Shown: positions 1 through 7,709 of the stretch, one piece after another
Layout of the letters: each line of letters starts with the position of its first letter
Numbering within the stretch: position 1 is the stretch's first letter
NCBI GenBank assembly: GCA_020725765.1
Contig: DYEI01000123.1
Coordinates: 1 to 57,967, forward strand
Source of the DNA: Anaerolinea sp.
Lineage (GTDB): Bacteria; Chloroflexota; Anaerolineae; SpSt-313
Direction: 5' to 3'
Length of the DNA stretch: 57,967 nt
The notes under the pieces: model-generated
Seen by the model: the letters and a program-made list of their open reading frames with translations, nothing else
Databases searched by the model: none
Told to the model about the DNA's origin: nothing
Program-made: the position numbers and the translations under genes

Positions 1-13
1 CCATCTGTCCTCA

Positions 14-56
14 CCCCTCCCCCAGGCAGGCGCCCAGCGCCTGCCTGGGGGAGGGG
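14..56. repeat. REP-like palindrome, family A (CCCCTCCCCC-AGGCAGGCGC..GCGCCTGCCT-GGGGGAGGGG)
   Basis: Inverted repeat read directly. A near-identical copy lies at 7714-7752, and both are preceded by TCAC. Confidence 0.8.
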
Positions 57-260
57 CAGGGGTGGGGGCACTCTGCAGTTGCAGCCCATCGCGGCTGCCG
101 CTCGGCACGTTCCGAGCACGAGTGCGACCGGCGGGCCAGCCGCCTAACCCCGCTTTGCCCAGCGGGTAAAGCGGGGAATGCCCCAGGGGTGCTGGCACCT
201 GCCGGAACAAGTACGCTGGCGTTCGTCAAGTTAGCGCCTATGGGGCCCCACCCCCGGCGC

Positions 261-307
261 CCCCTCCCCCGGGTCGGCCTGCGGGCCGATTCGGGGGGCC
301 TTTTTTT
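261..307 (+). terminator. Intrinsic terminator built from a family B palindrome
   Basis: A 14-bp stem (266-279 with 284-297, two G-U pairs on the + transcript), a TGCG loop, then T7 at 301-307. The same palindrome occurs as a perfect copy at 57740-57783. Confidence 0.6.
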
Positions 308-310
308 CAT

Positions 311-356
311 GGGGTGTTGTGCGGCGGCGCGCTACGCGCGCCGCCGCACAACACCC
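311..356. repeat. Perfect 22-bp-arm palindrome (GGGGTGTTGTGCGGCGGCGCGC TA GCGCGCCGCCGCACAACACCCC)
   Basis: Read directly. It lies immediately after the terminator T-run. Confidence 0.8.
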
Positions 357-431
357 CACTCTACGCATCTTCCCGCCCAGGCGGACGCTGCGGCGTCCGC
401 CCCGCGGAAAGCCAGACGCCGGCACCGCCGT

Positions 432-460
432 TTGACAGCGCCCGCCCGTTCGGATATAAT
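432..460 (+). promoter_or_regulatory. Sigma-70-type promoter for the tRNA-Ala / T-box / leuS transcript
   Basis: TTGACA (432-437), 17-bp spacer, TATAAT (455-460). The mature tRNA 5' end is at 475. Confidence 0.65.
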
Positions 461-474
461 CCACACTGCATGGC

Positions 475-550
475 GGGGCTGTAGCTCAGCTGGTAGAGCG
501 CGTCAATCGCACTGATGAGGTCAGGGGTTCGAGTCCCCTCAGCTCCACCA
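475..550 (+). tRNA. tRNA-Ala (anticodon CGC), CCA encoded
   Basis: Manual cloverleaf: acceptor GGGGCTG/CAGCTCC with G3:U70, D arm GCTC/GAGC, anticodon stem CGTCA/TGATG, loop ATCGCAC (CGC at 508-510), T arm AGGGG-TTCGAGT-CCCCT, discriminator A, CCA at 548-550. Confidence 0.93.
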
Positions 551-760
551 CCTACACGCAACGACGCCGATCGGGAGCAGTAGGCCATCCCCGCAGAGAG
601 CCCGGCAACAGGCCGGAGCCAGGGGCGCCGGAGGTGAGAGCCGGGCAGCGCCCAGGGGAGCGCGTCAGGCCGAACTCGCCCGGGAGTCGCGGTGGCGAAC
701 AGCAGTAGTCACCGCCGGTCGCACCGTTATCTGCCGAGAGTGGGCAGGGTCCACACTCGT

Positions 761-834
761 GGGGCTGTAGCTCAGTTGGCTAGAGCGCCTCAATGGCATT
801 GAGGAGGTCAGGGGTTCGACTCCCCTCAGCTCCA
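761..834 (+). tRNA. tRNA-Ala (anticodon GGC), CCA not encoded, nested inside the T-box leader
   Basis: Manual cloverleaf: acceptor GGGGCTG/CAGCTCC with G3:U70, D arm GCTC-AGTTGGCTA-GAGC, anticodon stem CCTCA/TGAGG, loop ATGGCAT (GGC at 795-797), T arm AGGGG-TTCGACT-CCCCT, discriminator A834, followed by CCT. Confidence 0.92.
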
Positions 835-874
835 CCTTCACTCAACCCTGCCAAGCGGGGTGGTACCGCGGAGA

Positions 875-908
875 AGTCCTTCGTCCCCAAGGGGCGAAGG
901 ACTTTTTC
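875..908 (+). terminator. Intrinsic terminator (T-box terminator helix)
   Basis: AGTCCTTCG(T)CCCC AA GGGGCGAAGGACT followed by TTTTT. Its 5' arm overlaps the sequence just 3' of the T-box core. Confidence 0.85.
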
Positions 909-1013
909 GATTCTCCGCTGCGCCGGAGAGGACGGCGCACTGCCGACGCGGACCTGCAGTCCGCCCGAGCCCGCATCCGTGGGCAGCAAGCGCCCATCGA
1001 GGAGGCGCCGAAC

Positions 1014-3470
1014 ATGCAGCAGGAGCCATACGATCCCTGGGACATCGAGCCCAAGTGGCAGCGCATCTGGGCCCAGACCGGTATCTATCGGGTGGACCTC
1101 TTGCGCGCCCGGCGGCCCTTCTACAACCTCACCGAGTTCCCCTACCCCTCGGCCGAGGCGCTGCACGTCGGACACGTCTACACCTACTGCGGCGCCGATA
1201 CCTACGGCCGGTACCGCCGCATGCTCGGCGACGACGTCTTTCAGCCGACCGGGTTCGACGCCTTTGGCATTCACTCCGAAAACTATGCCCTGCACGTCGG
1301 GCGCCACCCCATGGAGCTCACCGTCGAGAACACTGCCCGCTACCGACGGCAGATGGAGGAGCTCGGCACGCTCTTCGACTGGACCTACGCCGTCGACACC
1401 AGCCGCCCCGAGTACTATCGCTGGACGCAGTGGATCTTTCTGCAGCTCTACAAAGCAGGCCTCGCCTACCGCGCCCGCGCGCCGGTGAACTGGTGCCCGA
1501 CCTGCCTCACCGTCCTGGCCAACGAGCAGGTCATCGGCGGGCTGTGCGAGCGCTGCGATTCCACGGTGGTCCAGCAGGAGATGGAGCAGTGGTTCCTGCG
1601 CATCACCGCCTACGCCGACCGGCTGCTCGCCGGCCATGCCGAGGCCGACTTTCCCGAGGTCACCGTCACCCTGCAACGCAACTGGATCGGGCGGAGCGAA
1701 GGCGCCGAGATCGTCTTCCGGGCAGTGAACGGACCCGACATCCCGGTCTTCACCACCCGGCCCGACACTCTGTTCGGCGCGACCTACCTGGTGCTCGCCC
1801 CCGAGCACCCTGCGGTCGCCGCGGTCAGCACCCCCGAGCAGGCGCCACTGGTCGAGGCCTATGCGGCGCAGGCGCGCACCAAACGCGAGCTGGAGCGGGT
1901 GGCTGCGGAGCGGGAAAAGACTGGCGTCTCTACCGGCGGCGAGGCCATCAACCCGGCTACCGGCGAGCGCATCCCCATCTGGGTGGCCGACTATGTCCTC
2001 ATGGGGTACGGCACCGGGGCGATCATGGCCGTCCCCGCCCATGACGAGCGAGACTATGCCTTTGCCCGGGCCCATGGCCTGCCGATCCGCGTGGTCGTCG
2101 CCCCGCCCGGCTGGCAGGGAGAGCCCCTCGAGGCGGCATACACCGGGGAAGGGACCCTCGTCAACTCGGGCCCGTTCGACGGCATGCCTTCCGAAGAGGC
2201 GCGCGCCGCCATCACCCGGTGGCTGGCCGAGCGCGGACAGGGCCGGCCTGCCGTCACCTACCGCCTGAGGGACTGGCTCATCTCCCGGCAGCGCTACTGG
2301 GGGCCACCGATCCCCATCATCTACTGCGACCGCTGCGGGATCGTCCCGGTTCCCGAGGAGGACCTCCCGGTGCGCCTGCCCTATGTGCGCGACTTTCGGC
2401 CCAAAGGCACGGGCGTCTCACCGCTGGCGATGGTCCCCGAGTTCGTCAACACGAGCTGCCCGCATTGCGGCGGACCCGGCCGCCGCGAGACGGACGTGTC
2501 GGACACCTTTCTGGATTCCAGCTGGTACTTCCTGCGCTACCCCTCCGCGCACCGGCAGGACGTGCCCTTTGACCCGGAGATGACGCGCAAGTGGCTGCCG
2601 GTTGACTTGTACGCCGGCGGCATCGAGCACTCGACGCTGCACCACCTCTACGCGCGCTTTATCACCATGGCGCTGCACGACCTGGGCTACCTCGAGTTCT
2701 CCGAGCCCTTCAAAAAGCTGCGGCTCCACGGCCTGATCATCAAGGACGGGGCCAAGATGAGCAAGTCCCGCGGCAATGTCGTCAACCCCGATGAGTACGT
2801 GCACCGCTACGGGGCCGACACGCTGCGGCTATACCTGCTCTTCCTCGGGCCCTATCAGGAGGGGGGCGACTTTACCGATGCCGGCATCCGGGGGATCACC
2901 CGGTTCCTCACGCGCGTCTGGCGGCTGGTGCTCGAGAGCGCGGCCCGGGAGCCAGCGCCTGCCGCGGAAGAGCCCTACGACCCAGCCATCCTTGCGCCCA
3001 TGCACCGGGCCATCGCCACGGTGCAGGCCGATATCGAAGCGCTGCACTTTCACACGGCCATCGCCGCCATCATGAGCTACAGCAACTGGCTCACCGAGAA
3101 CCGGACCAGGCTGCCCGCTGCGGCCTGGCGGGTGGCCGTGCGCACGCTGCTCCTGCTCCTCGCGCCCCTCGCCCCCCACATCTCGGAGGAGCTGTGGGAG
3201 CGCATCGGCGAGCCGTACAGCATCCACCAGCAGCCGTGGCCGAGCTACGACCCGCGCCTGCTGGAGCGGCGGACGGTCACCCTCGTCATACAGGTAGACG
3301 GCAAAGTGCGGGACCGGGTCGAGGTCCCGGCCGGGCTGAGCGCCGGGCAGGCGCAGGAGGTCGCCCTTGCCCGCCCGCGCATCGCGAGGATCCTCGACGG
3401 GCGCAAGCTACGGGACGTCATCTACGTGCCCGACCGGCTGGTGAACCTGGTGACCGCGCCGGGCCCCTAG
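1014..3470 (+). CDS. leuS: Leucine--tRNA ligase
   Basis: 818-aa ORF with a HIGH-type motif (HVGH), KMSKS, and the overall bacterial LeuRS layout. It is preceded by a Leu-specific T-box. Confidence 0.95.
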   Translation: MQQEPYDPWDIEPKWQRIWAQTGIYRVDLLRARRPFYNLTEFPYPSAEALHVGHVYTYCGADTYGRYRRMLGDDVFQPTGFDAFGIHSENYALHVGRHPMELTVENTARYRRQMEELGTLFDWTYAVDTSRPEYYRWTQWIFLQLYKAGLAYRARAPVNWCPTCLTVLANEQVIGGLCERCDSTVVQQEMEQWFLRITAYADRLLAGHAEADFPEVTVTLQRNWIGRSEGAEIVFRAVNGPDIPVFTTRPDTLFGATYLVLAPEHPAVAAVSTPEQAPLVEAYAAQARTKRELERVAAEREKTGVSTGGEAINPATGERIPIWVADYVLMGYGTGAIMAVPAHDERDYAFARAHGLPIRVVVAPPGWQGEPLEAAYTGEGTLVNSGPFDGMPSEEARAAITRWLAERGQGRPAVTYRLRDWLISRQRYWGPPIPIIYCDRCGIVPVPEEDLPVRLPYVRDFRPKGTGVSPLAMVPEFVNTSCPHCGGPGRRETDVSDTFLDSSWYFLRYPSAHRQDVPFDPEMTRKWLPVDLYAGGIEHSTLHHLYARFITMALHDLGYLEFSEPFKKLRLHGLIIKDGAKMSKSRGNVVNPDEYVHRYGADTLRLYLLFLGPYQEGGDFTDAGIRGITRFLTRVWRLVLESAAREPAPAAEEPYDPAILAPMHRAIATVQADIEALHFHTAIAAIMSYSNWLTENRTRLPAAAWRVAVRTLLLLLAPLAPHISEELWERIGEPYSIHQQPWPSYDPRLLERRTVTLVIQVDGKVRDRVEVPAGLSAGQAQEVALARPRIARILDGRKLRDVIYVPDRLVNLVTAPGP

Positions 3471-3480
3471 CCGCCCCTAG

Positions 3481-3580
3481 CCCTCCCGCAGGTTCGACGG
3501 AGCGCTATTCTGCCGGCCACGCCCAATCCCCGGCGCGCCCGACGCTCCGGCGCGCACCGCTGACCTGCGGGAGGGTTCGC
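3481..3580. repeat. REP unit flanking the RAYT (one copy)
   Basis: CCCTCCCGCAGGTTCGACGGAGCGCT...CGACGCTCCGG...CCTGCGGGAGGGTTCG. The terminal 12-mers are reverse complements, and the same unit is repeated at 4264-4556. Confidence 0.85.
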
Positions 3581-3648
3581 TCGCACTGGCCGGCGATGTC
3601 TCGCACCCCCTCCAGCAACAGGTCCCTGGCCTGCGGGACGGGCAGGCT

Positions 3649-4215
3649 CTACTCGAGAAGGTACGTCTTCAGCACCTGATCTTCCCACCCCTCGGAGACA
3701 AACCTGCGATACCCGTCTGGGCCTCCCCAGTAATCCGCAACAATGCTCCGCGCCACCGCGTTGGTTTCCTCCAGCCCGATCCACGCCCGAAAGTCGGAGT
3801 ACGGCCACTCCTCCGGCGCAGGCGCGAGCCCGGCTTTCACCGGGTTCAGGTGGATATACCGACACAGTTGCCAGACATAGTCGTCCCGATCCACCCGCAC
3901 ATAGCGAAAGCGGCCCTCGAACAGAGGTCCCCTGCGTCCCCACTGGCGATTCGCGGCCTGGACGTACGCGTTAAAGAGCGTGCACAGAAATCTGGACAGT
4001 GGCTGATCTCCCTCCTGCCGCAGCAGGAAATGGTAGTGGTTGGGCATCAGGCAGTACGCGACCACAGTCACACCATAGCGGTCAGCATGCAGCCTGGTCA
4101 ATCTGAGGCAGTACCGATAGTTCGCCGGCTTGCGGAAGAGCAACTCGCCAGCGAGTGCGCGGTTATAGACGTGGTAGTAGGTACTTCGCTCGAACGCCGG
4201 GCCTCGATAGGGCAT
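3649..4215 (-). mobile_element. REP-associated tyrosine transposase (RAYT; IS200/IS605-like Y1 transposase)
   Basis: 188-aa ORF with an HUH motif (MPNHYHFLL) and a catalytic-Tyr motif (YIHLNPVKAGL). The same repeat flanks it on both sides. Confidence 0.85.
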
Positions 4216-4263
4216 CTCATGGCCCCCTTCCCCCCGCCTGTGCGCCTCCCCGAATCACTCGCG

Positions 4264-4556
4264 GACCCTCCCGCAGGTACGCCACGCTCGCCAGCGCGAC
4301 ACTCCCACCTGGGATGTATCACACTGACCCCAGCAGCACATTGTGGAACCTGCGGGAGGGTTCCCCCTCGCCCCTCCCGCAGGTTCGACGGAGCGCTACT
4401 CTGCCGGCCGCGCCCCATCCCCGACGCGCCCGACGCTCCGGCGCACACCGCTGGCCTGCGGGAGGGTTCGACGGAGCGCTGCTGTGGCGGCCACGCCCCA
4501 TCCCCGGCGCGCCCGACGCTCCGGCCCGCACCGCTGACCTGCGGGAGGGTTCGCCT
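4264..4556. repeat. REP array (about 2.5 head-to-tail copies of an ~84-bp unit plus partial inverted cores)
   Basis: The core CCTGCGGGAGGGTTC(G/C) occurs at 4348, 4455 and 4538. Its complement CCCTCCCGCAGG occurs at 4267 and 4371. The units are contiguous with no spacers. Confidence 0.85.
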
Positions 4557-4570
4557 TCGCCTCCCCTGCA

Positions 4571-5602
4571 TCACGTAAAGGTGCCAAAAAGCGAGTCCTT
4601 CGCCCTCTGAAGAGCCGGCAGCTCGTGCGCTAGCTCGATCTCAAAGCCCAACTCCTGGCTCAGGGGCTTCAGAACGATGGGCAGGTACGGCGACATCACC
4701 CGCACGCGCCGGGGCAGCATCTTCATGTTCAGGAACTCGCGCACCAGGCCGAGCGGCACCAGTGCCCAGGTCGCCTCGACGCTGGTCTGCACCTCGAAAA
4801 GCTGGTGCCCACACACCAGCCCCAACGAGGTTTCCACGAGGAGCAGCGAGTACGGATAGCGAGGGCGCTCGCCCTTTGTGCCGATGCGTATCGGAATCAC
4901 AAAAAAGTCGACCTCCAGGGCCTGGGACATGCGGGGCAGCCTCTTGGCAGCCTCCAGCGCCCTCATGTCCATGGGGACGGCGACCAGCTCTGGCTCTACG
5001 GGCGGCACGGTGACGATGCGGTCTTCCCAGACCAGTGCCGTCCCCTCCTGATGGGGCACCCGCACCAGGTAGTCGTACTCGCCGGGCTGCTGGAGCAGGT
5101 CGGGGCTATCCCGGTATCGGAGGACGACGTCTATGGCCTGCTCGATGGCGTGAGCCAGAAAGCGCGCCTCGGCCGGCTCCAGGAACCATGGGAAGTACCC
5201 GGGGCGATAGCTGCGGAACAGTGGCCAGGCCTGCCGGCCGCGGAAGGTCAATCCCAGCTGCTTGATCACCGCCCGGTCCTCAGGCTGGAGCAAATCCCGG
5301 TCCTCAAAGGAGACCTGCAGCTCTCGCACAGCCAGCATGCTCTCCGCCGAAGCCATCTCGCCAGGCTCGGCCTGCATCCCCCAGAAGCGACAGAGGCCCT
5401 CAGCGCCCAGGTACAGGGCCAGGGCAAAATGCTGGCCGAGCAGGCCCATGATGCTGACAAAGCCCAGCTCCTGCGTCTCGGGGTCCTGGACGCCAAAGAC
5501 GTCTGTCTCCTCCATCCACTCCCAGGGGGCAACCTCCTTCAGGCGGATCGCCGCTTCGTAGAGCCTGCGCCACTCTTCCAGGGATGGCCTCGCTTCGCTC
5601 AT
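4571..5602 (-). CDS. Conserved hypothetical protein
   Basis: Long ORF with coding-like composition. I chose the internal ATG at 5602 (MSEARPSLEEWRRLYEAA...) because the upstream extension is Arg/Pro-rich and looks non-coding. I recognise no catalytic motif. Confidence 0.55.
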   Translation of the reverse strand: MSEARPSLEEWRRLYEAAIRLKEVAPWEWMEETDVFGVQDPETQELGFVSIMGLLGQHFALALYLGAEGLCRFWGMQAEPGEMASAESMLAVRELQVSFEDRDLLQPEDRAVIKQLGLTFRGRQAWPLFRSYRPGYFPWFLEPAEARFLAHAIEQAIDVVLRYRDSPDLLQQPGEYDYLVRVPHQEGTALVWEDRIVTVPPVEPELVAVPMDMRALEAAKRLPRMSQALEVDFFVIPIRIGTKGERPRYPYSLLLVETSLGLVCGHQLFEVQTSVEATWALVPLGLVREFLNMKMLPRRVRVMSPYLPIVLKPLSQELGFEIELAHELPALQRAKDSLFGTFT

Positions 5603-5636
5603 TTTCTCTCTCCCTGCGCCGGGCCACGCCCGGAGC

Positions 5637-6326
5637 TCAAAGCCCGGCAATCGTACGCAGCGCCTCCGCCGCAAAGGGGCTGCCATGGCCGGGGTAGACC
5701 GTCCTGACGCCTCGCTCAAGCAGTAGCTGCCAGCTGGCGGCGATCAGGCCAAGGTCCTCGGCCACGTAGGGGAACCCCGGCCGCCGGCGCAGCGGAGGCG
5801 CGCCACCCATGGCCAGATCGCCAACGACGGCGCTGCCCTCGCGGAGCACAACGCTGATCGATCCCGGGGTATGCCCCGGTGTGTGTAGGACCTCACCCGG
5901 GACTCCGTACGGCTCGAGCGACAGGCCCCCATCGCCAATGACGACATCCGCGCGAACAGCCTGGAAGGGTAGTGCGGAAAAAACCCGAGTCGCCGCGGGC
6001 GAGAAGCGTCGCCCCAGCGCCCCTACCAGCCGGACGGGAGCGGAGCGCCCGCTTTCGAGCCAGGACCTGTCCGCCCGATGAATGGCAACCCTGGCCCCGG
6101 TCATCGCCGCGATCTCGGCGGCCGAGCCGACGTGGTCCGCATGGCCGTGGGTGAGCACAATCAGCCCGATATCCCCTGGACTCATCCCCAACGCCGAGAG
6201 CGCCCGTCGGAAAGCTCGACCCCTGCCAGGATAGCCGCAGTCCACCAGCACGGCGCCCTCGTGTCGTACCAGGTAGCACGCGCCGAAGCCCAGGGCGATG
6301 CGGCTGATGGTCACTTCCATCGCCAA
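5637..6326 (-). CDS. MBL-fold metallo-hydrolase
   Basis: 229 aa with the THGHADHVG (HxHxDH) metal-binding motif and a downstream HTPGHTPG. Confidence 0.8.
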   Translation of the reverse strand: MAMEVTISRIALGFGACYLVRHEGAVLVDCGYPGRGRAFRRALSALGMSPGDIGLIVLTHGHADHVGSAAEIAAMTGARVAIHRADRSWLESGRSAPVRLVGALGRRFSPAATRVFSALPFQAVRADVVIGDGGLSLEPYGVPGEVLHTPGHTPGSISVVLREGSAVVGDLAMGGAPPLRRRPGFPYVAEDLGLIAASWQLLLERGVRTVYPGHGSPFAAEALRTIAGL

Positions 6327-6457
6327 CCCCCAGGAACCGTGGGAGTGCCGGTACCGCCCGCCCGGACCCGGCGCGCCACCACAGCCGACACGCCGTGCCT
6401 TGCCGGCACTCTAACCCGGGATTGAGAGAGCAATAGAGGAGGCTCTGCGCCTCCTCG

Positions 6458-6619
6458 CTACTTTCCGCTCTCTTTTTCCGAGAGGAAACGCGTCACCTTG
6501 GTGCCGCAGACGGGGCAGGTACCCCGCGCCATGGGGCGGCCCCTGGCCGTCTTTTCCACGGTGCCCTGCCGGATCCGTTGCTGTTTGCGGCACTTGACGC
6601 AGTAGCCAACGAACTCCAT
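6458..6619 (-). CDS. Small zinc-ribbon protein (DUF5679-like)
   Basis: 53-aa core MEFVGYCVKCRKQQ...CPVCGTKVTRFL with two CxxC pairs. GGAGG lies 6 nt upstream of the ATG at 6619. The longer 141-aa ORF extension was rejected. Confidence 0.6.
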   Translation of the reverse strand: MEFVGYCVKCRKQQRIRQGTVEKTARGRPMARGTCPVCGTKVTRFLSEKESGK

Positions 6620-6737
6620 CCTGGACCTCCTTCTGGCGTCTTTCCGCCTTCGGAGCCGCGATTCGGGAGCGAACTCCCGTCCGCGGCGCAAGCGCCGACA
6701 TTCCGAGGCCCTGCGGGGAGTAACCGAGACCGGGGTG

Positions 6738-6766
6738 ATGATACACCAGGGGGAGGTGCCCGTCAA
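6738..6766 (-). promoter_or_regulatory. Candidate promoter for the small zinc-ribbon gene
   Basis: On the minus strand: TTGACG, 17-bp spacer, TATCAT. This leaves a leader of about 115 nt. Confidence 0.45.
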
Positions 6767-6903
6767 GAAACGTGCGCGTCGCTGGGGTCTGTCTGAGCTT
6801 GGAGCAAGCTCATCCACACCGCCGCTGATGAAGGCCTCGCCCCCGCGCCGCCTCGTCGGCCTGCGGACCGACCCAGGGGGCAAGACCCGAGTTCGCCAGT
6901 GGC

Positions 6904-7305
6904 TCAGGCCTCATCGTCCCACGCCGTCAGCCAGTGGCATGGGACCAGTTCGCTCAGAGGCACCGCATGGCCCTCGCCGAGGATGACGCGGCAGTCGCAG
7001 TTGCGGGGATCGATCTGCACCATCGTCTCCCGGCAGCGGCCGCAGGGCGGCAGGATCCGGTCCTCGGAGACGGCAACGATGGCGACGATCTGCGTCTCCC
7101 GGTGCTTCAGCATCTCGGCCATGGCGGCGACCTCGGCACAGAACCCGAGGCCGCAGGCAAGGTCGATGCAGATGCCGGTGTAGACGTGCCCCGCCGCCGT
7201 CAGCAGGGCCGCGCCGACTGACGCGGCAGAAAAGTCTTTCCCAAGCCCGAACTCTCCGCAGACGGCCCTCGCAGCCTCGATCAGCCTCGACGTCGTCTCG
7301 TCCAT
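6904..7305 (-). CDS. Cytidine deaminase family protein (blasticidin-S-deaminase-like)
   Basis: 133 aa with the zinc motifs CAE (FCAEVAA) and PCGRCRE, in a small homotetrameric-CDA-like layout. Confidence 0.8.
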   Translation of the reverse strand: MDETTSRLIEAARAVCGEFGLGKDFSAASVGAALLTAAGHVYTGICIDLACGLGFCAEVAAMAEMLKHRETQIVAIVAVSEDRILPPCGRCRETMVQIDPRNCDCRVILGEGHAVPLSELVPCHWLTAWDDEA

Positions 7306-7590
7306 GTCCCCATCCTTCCCTGTACCGGGCCGCTGCTCCGCACAAGCCGGCCAAGCACGCCACGTAGAGCCACGCCGGCCCTCCGCACGCTACGTGTGGA
7401 GCAGGTCCGCCCAAACATACACGAAGGTGCAGCCGAACAAGATACAGTCCGAGCCCAGAGGCGTCAAACGCACGTACCGAGTTGCTCCGTGCTCCCCTCG
7501 CGAGGCCTATCCATTACCCACAAGTGACCTGGGACGAGCGCAGGCGCCTGCGGTCTGCGCAACGCCTCGCGGAGCCGCCCCCTCCCCTGG

Positions 7591-7633
7591 CCCCTCCCCC
7601 ACGCGGACGCAATGCGTCCGCGTGGGGGAGGGG
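7591..7633. repeat. Perfect palindrome (21+1+21) with the CCCCTCCCCC/GGGGGAGGGG clamp
   Basis: CCCCTCCCCCACGCGGACGCA A TGCGTCCGCGTGGGGGAGGGG, read directly. Confidence 0.85.
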
Positions 7634-7644
7634 AACATTCTTTT

Positions 7645-7702
7645 GGGGCGGTTTCGGGCAGTCGAGCGCGCCGCGGCGCGCTCGACTGCCCGAAACCGCC
7701 CC
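7645..7702. repeat. Perfect 58-bp palindrome
   Basis: GGGGCGGTTTCGGGCAGTCGAGCGCGCCG / CGGCGCGCTCGACTGCCCGAAACCGCCCC. Confidence 0.85.
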
Positions 7703-7709
7703 TCTGTTA

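Larger units (their letters stand above)
565..908 (+). promoter_or_regulatory. T-box riboswitch leader, Leu-specific (CUC specifier), controlling leuS
   Basis: Canonical elements occur in canonical order: specifier-loop AGCAGUA 576-582, AG bulge AGAGAG 595-600, distal loop GGUGAGA 633-639, GAA-CUC-G 672-678, F-box CCGUUA 724-729, T-box core GGGGUGGUACCGCG 857-870, terminator 875-908. leuS starts at 1014. Confidence 0.8.

Noticed and set aside
780-2075. A 431-aa ORF antisense to leuS, along with similar long ORFs at 7514-9145, 23117-24517, 26160-27554, 37723-40023, 44630-46498, 47061-48623, 54526-55800 and 56085-57818.
   Set aside because: Each lies opposite or out of frame to a gene with clear family motifs. 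Their translations are Arg/Gly/Pro/Ala/His-rich low-complexity sequence, typical of shadow ORFs in high-GC DNA. None has a recognisable motif or RBS.
4264-4556. A possible CRISPR array, given the regularly spaced repeats.
   Set aside because: The units are ~84 bp and directly contiguous, with no unique spacers. They occur in both orientations, one copy also lies on the other side of the RAYT gene, and no cas genes are present. This fits a REP/REPIN array.
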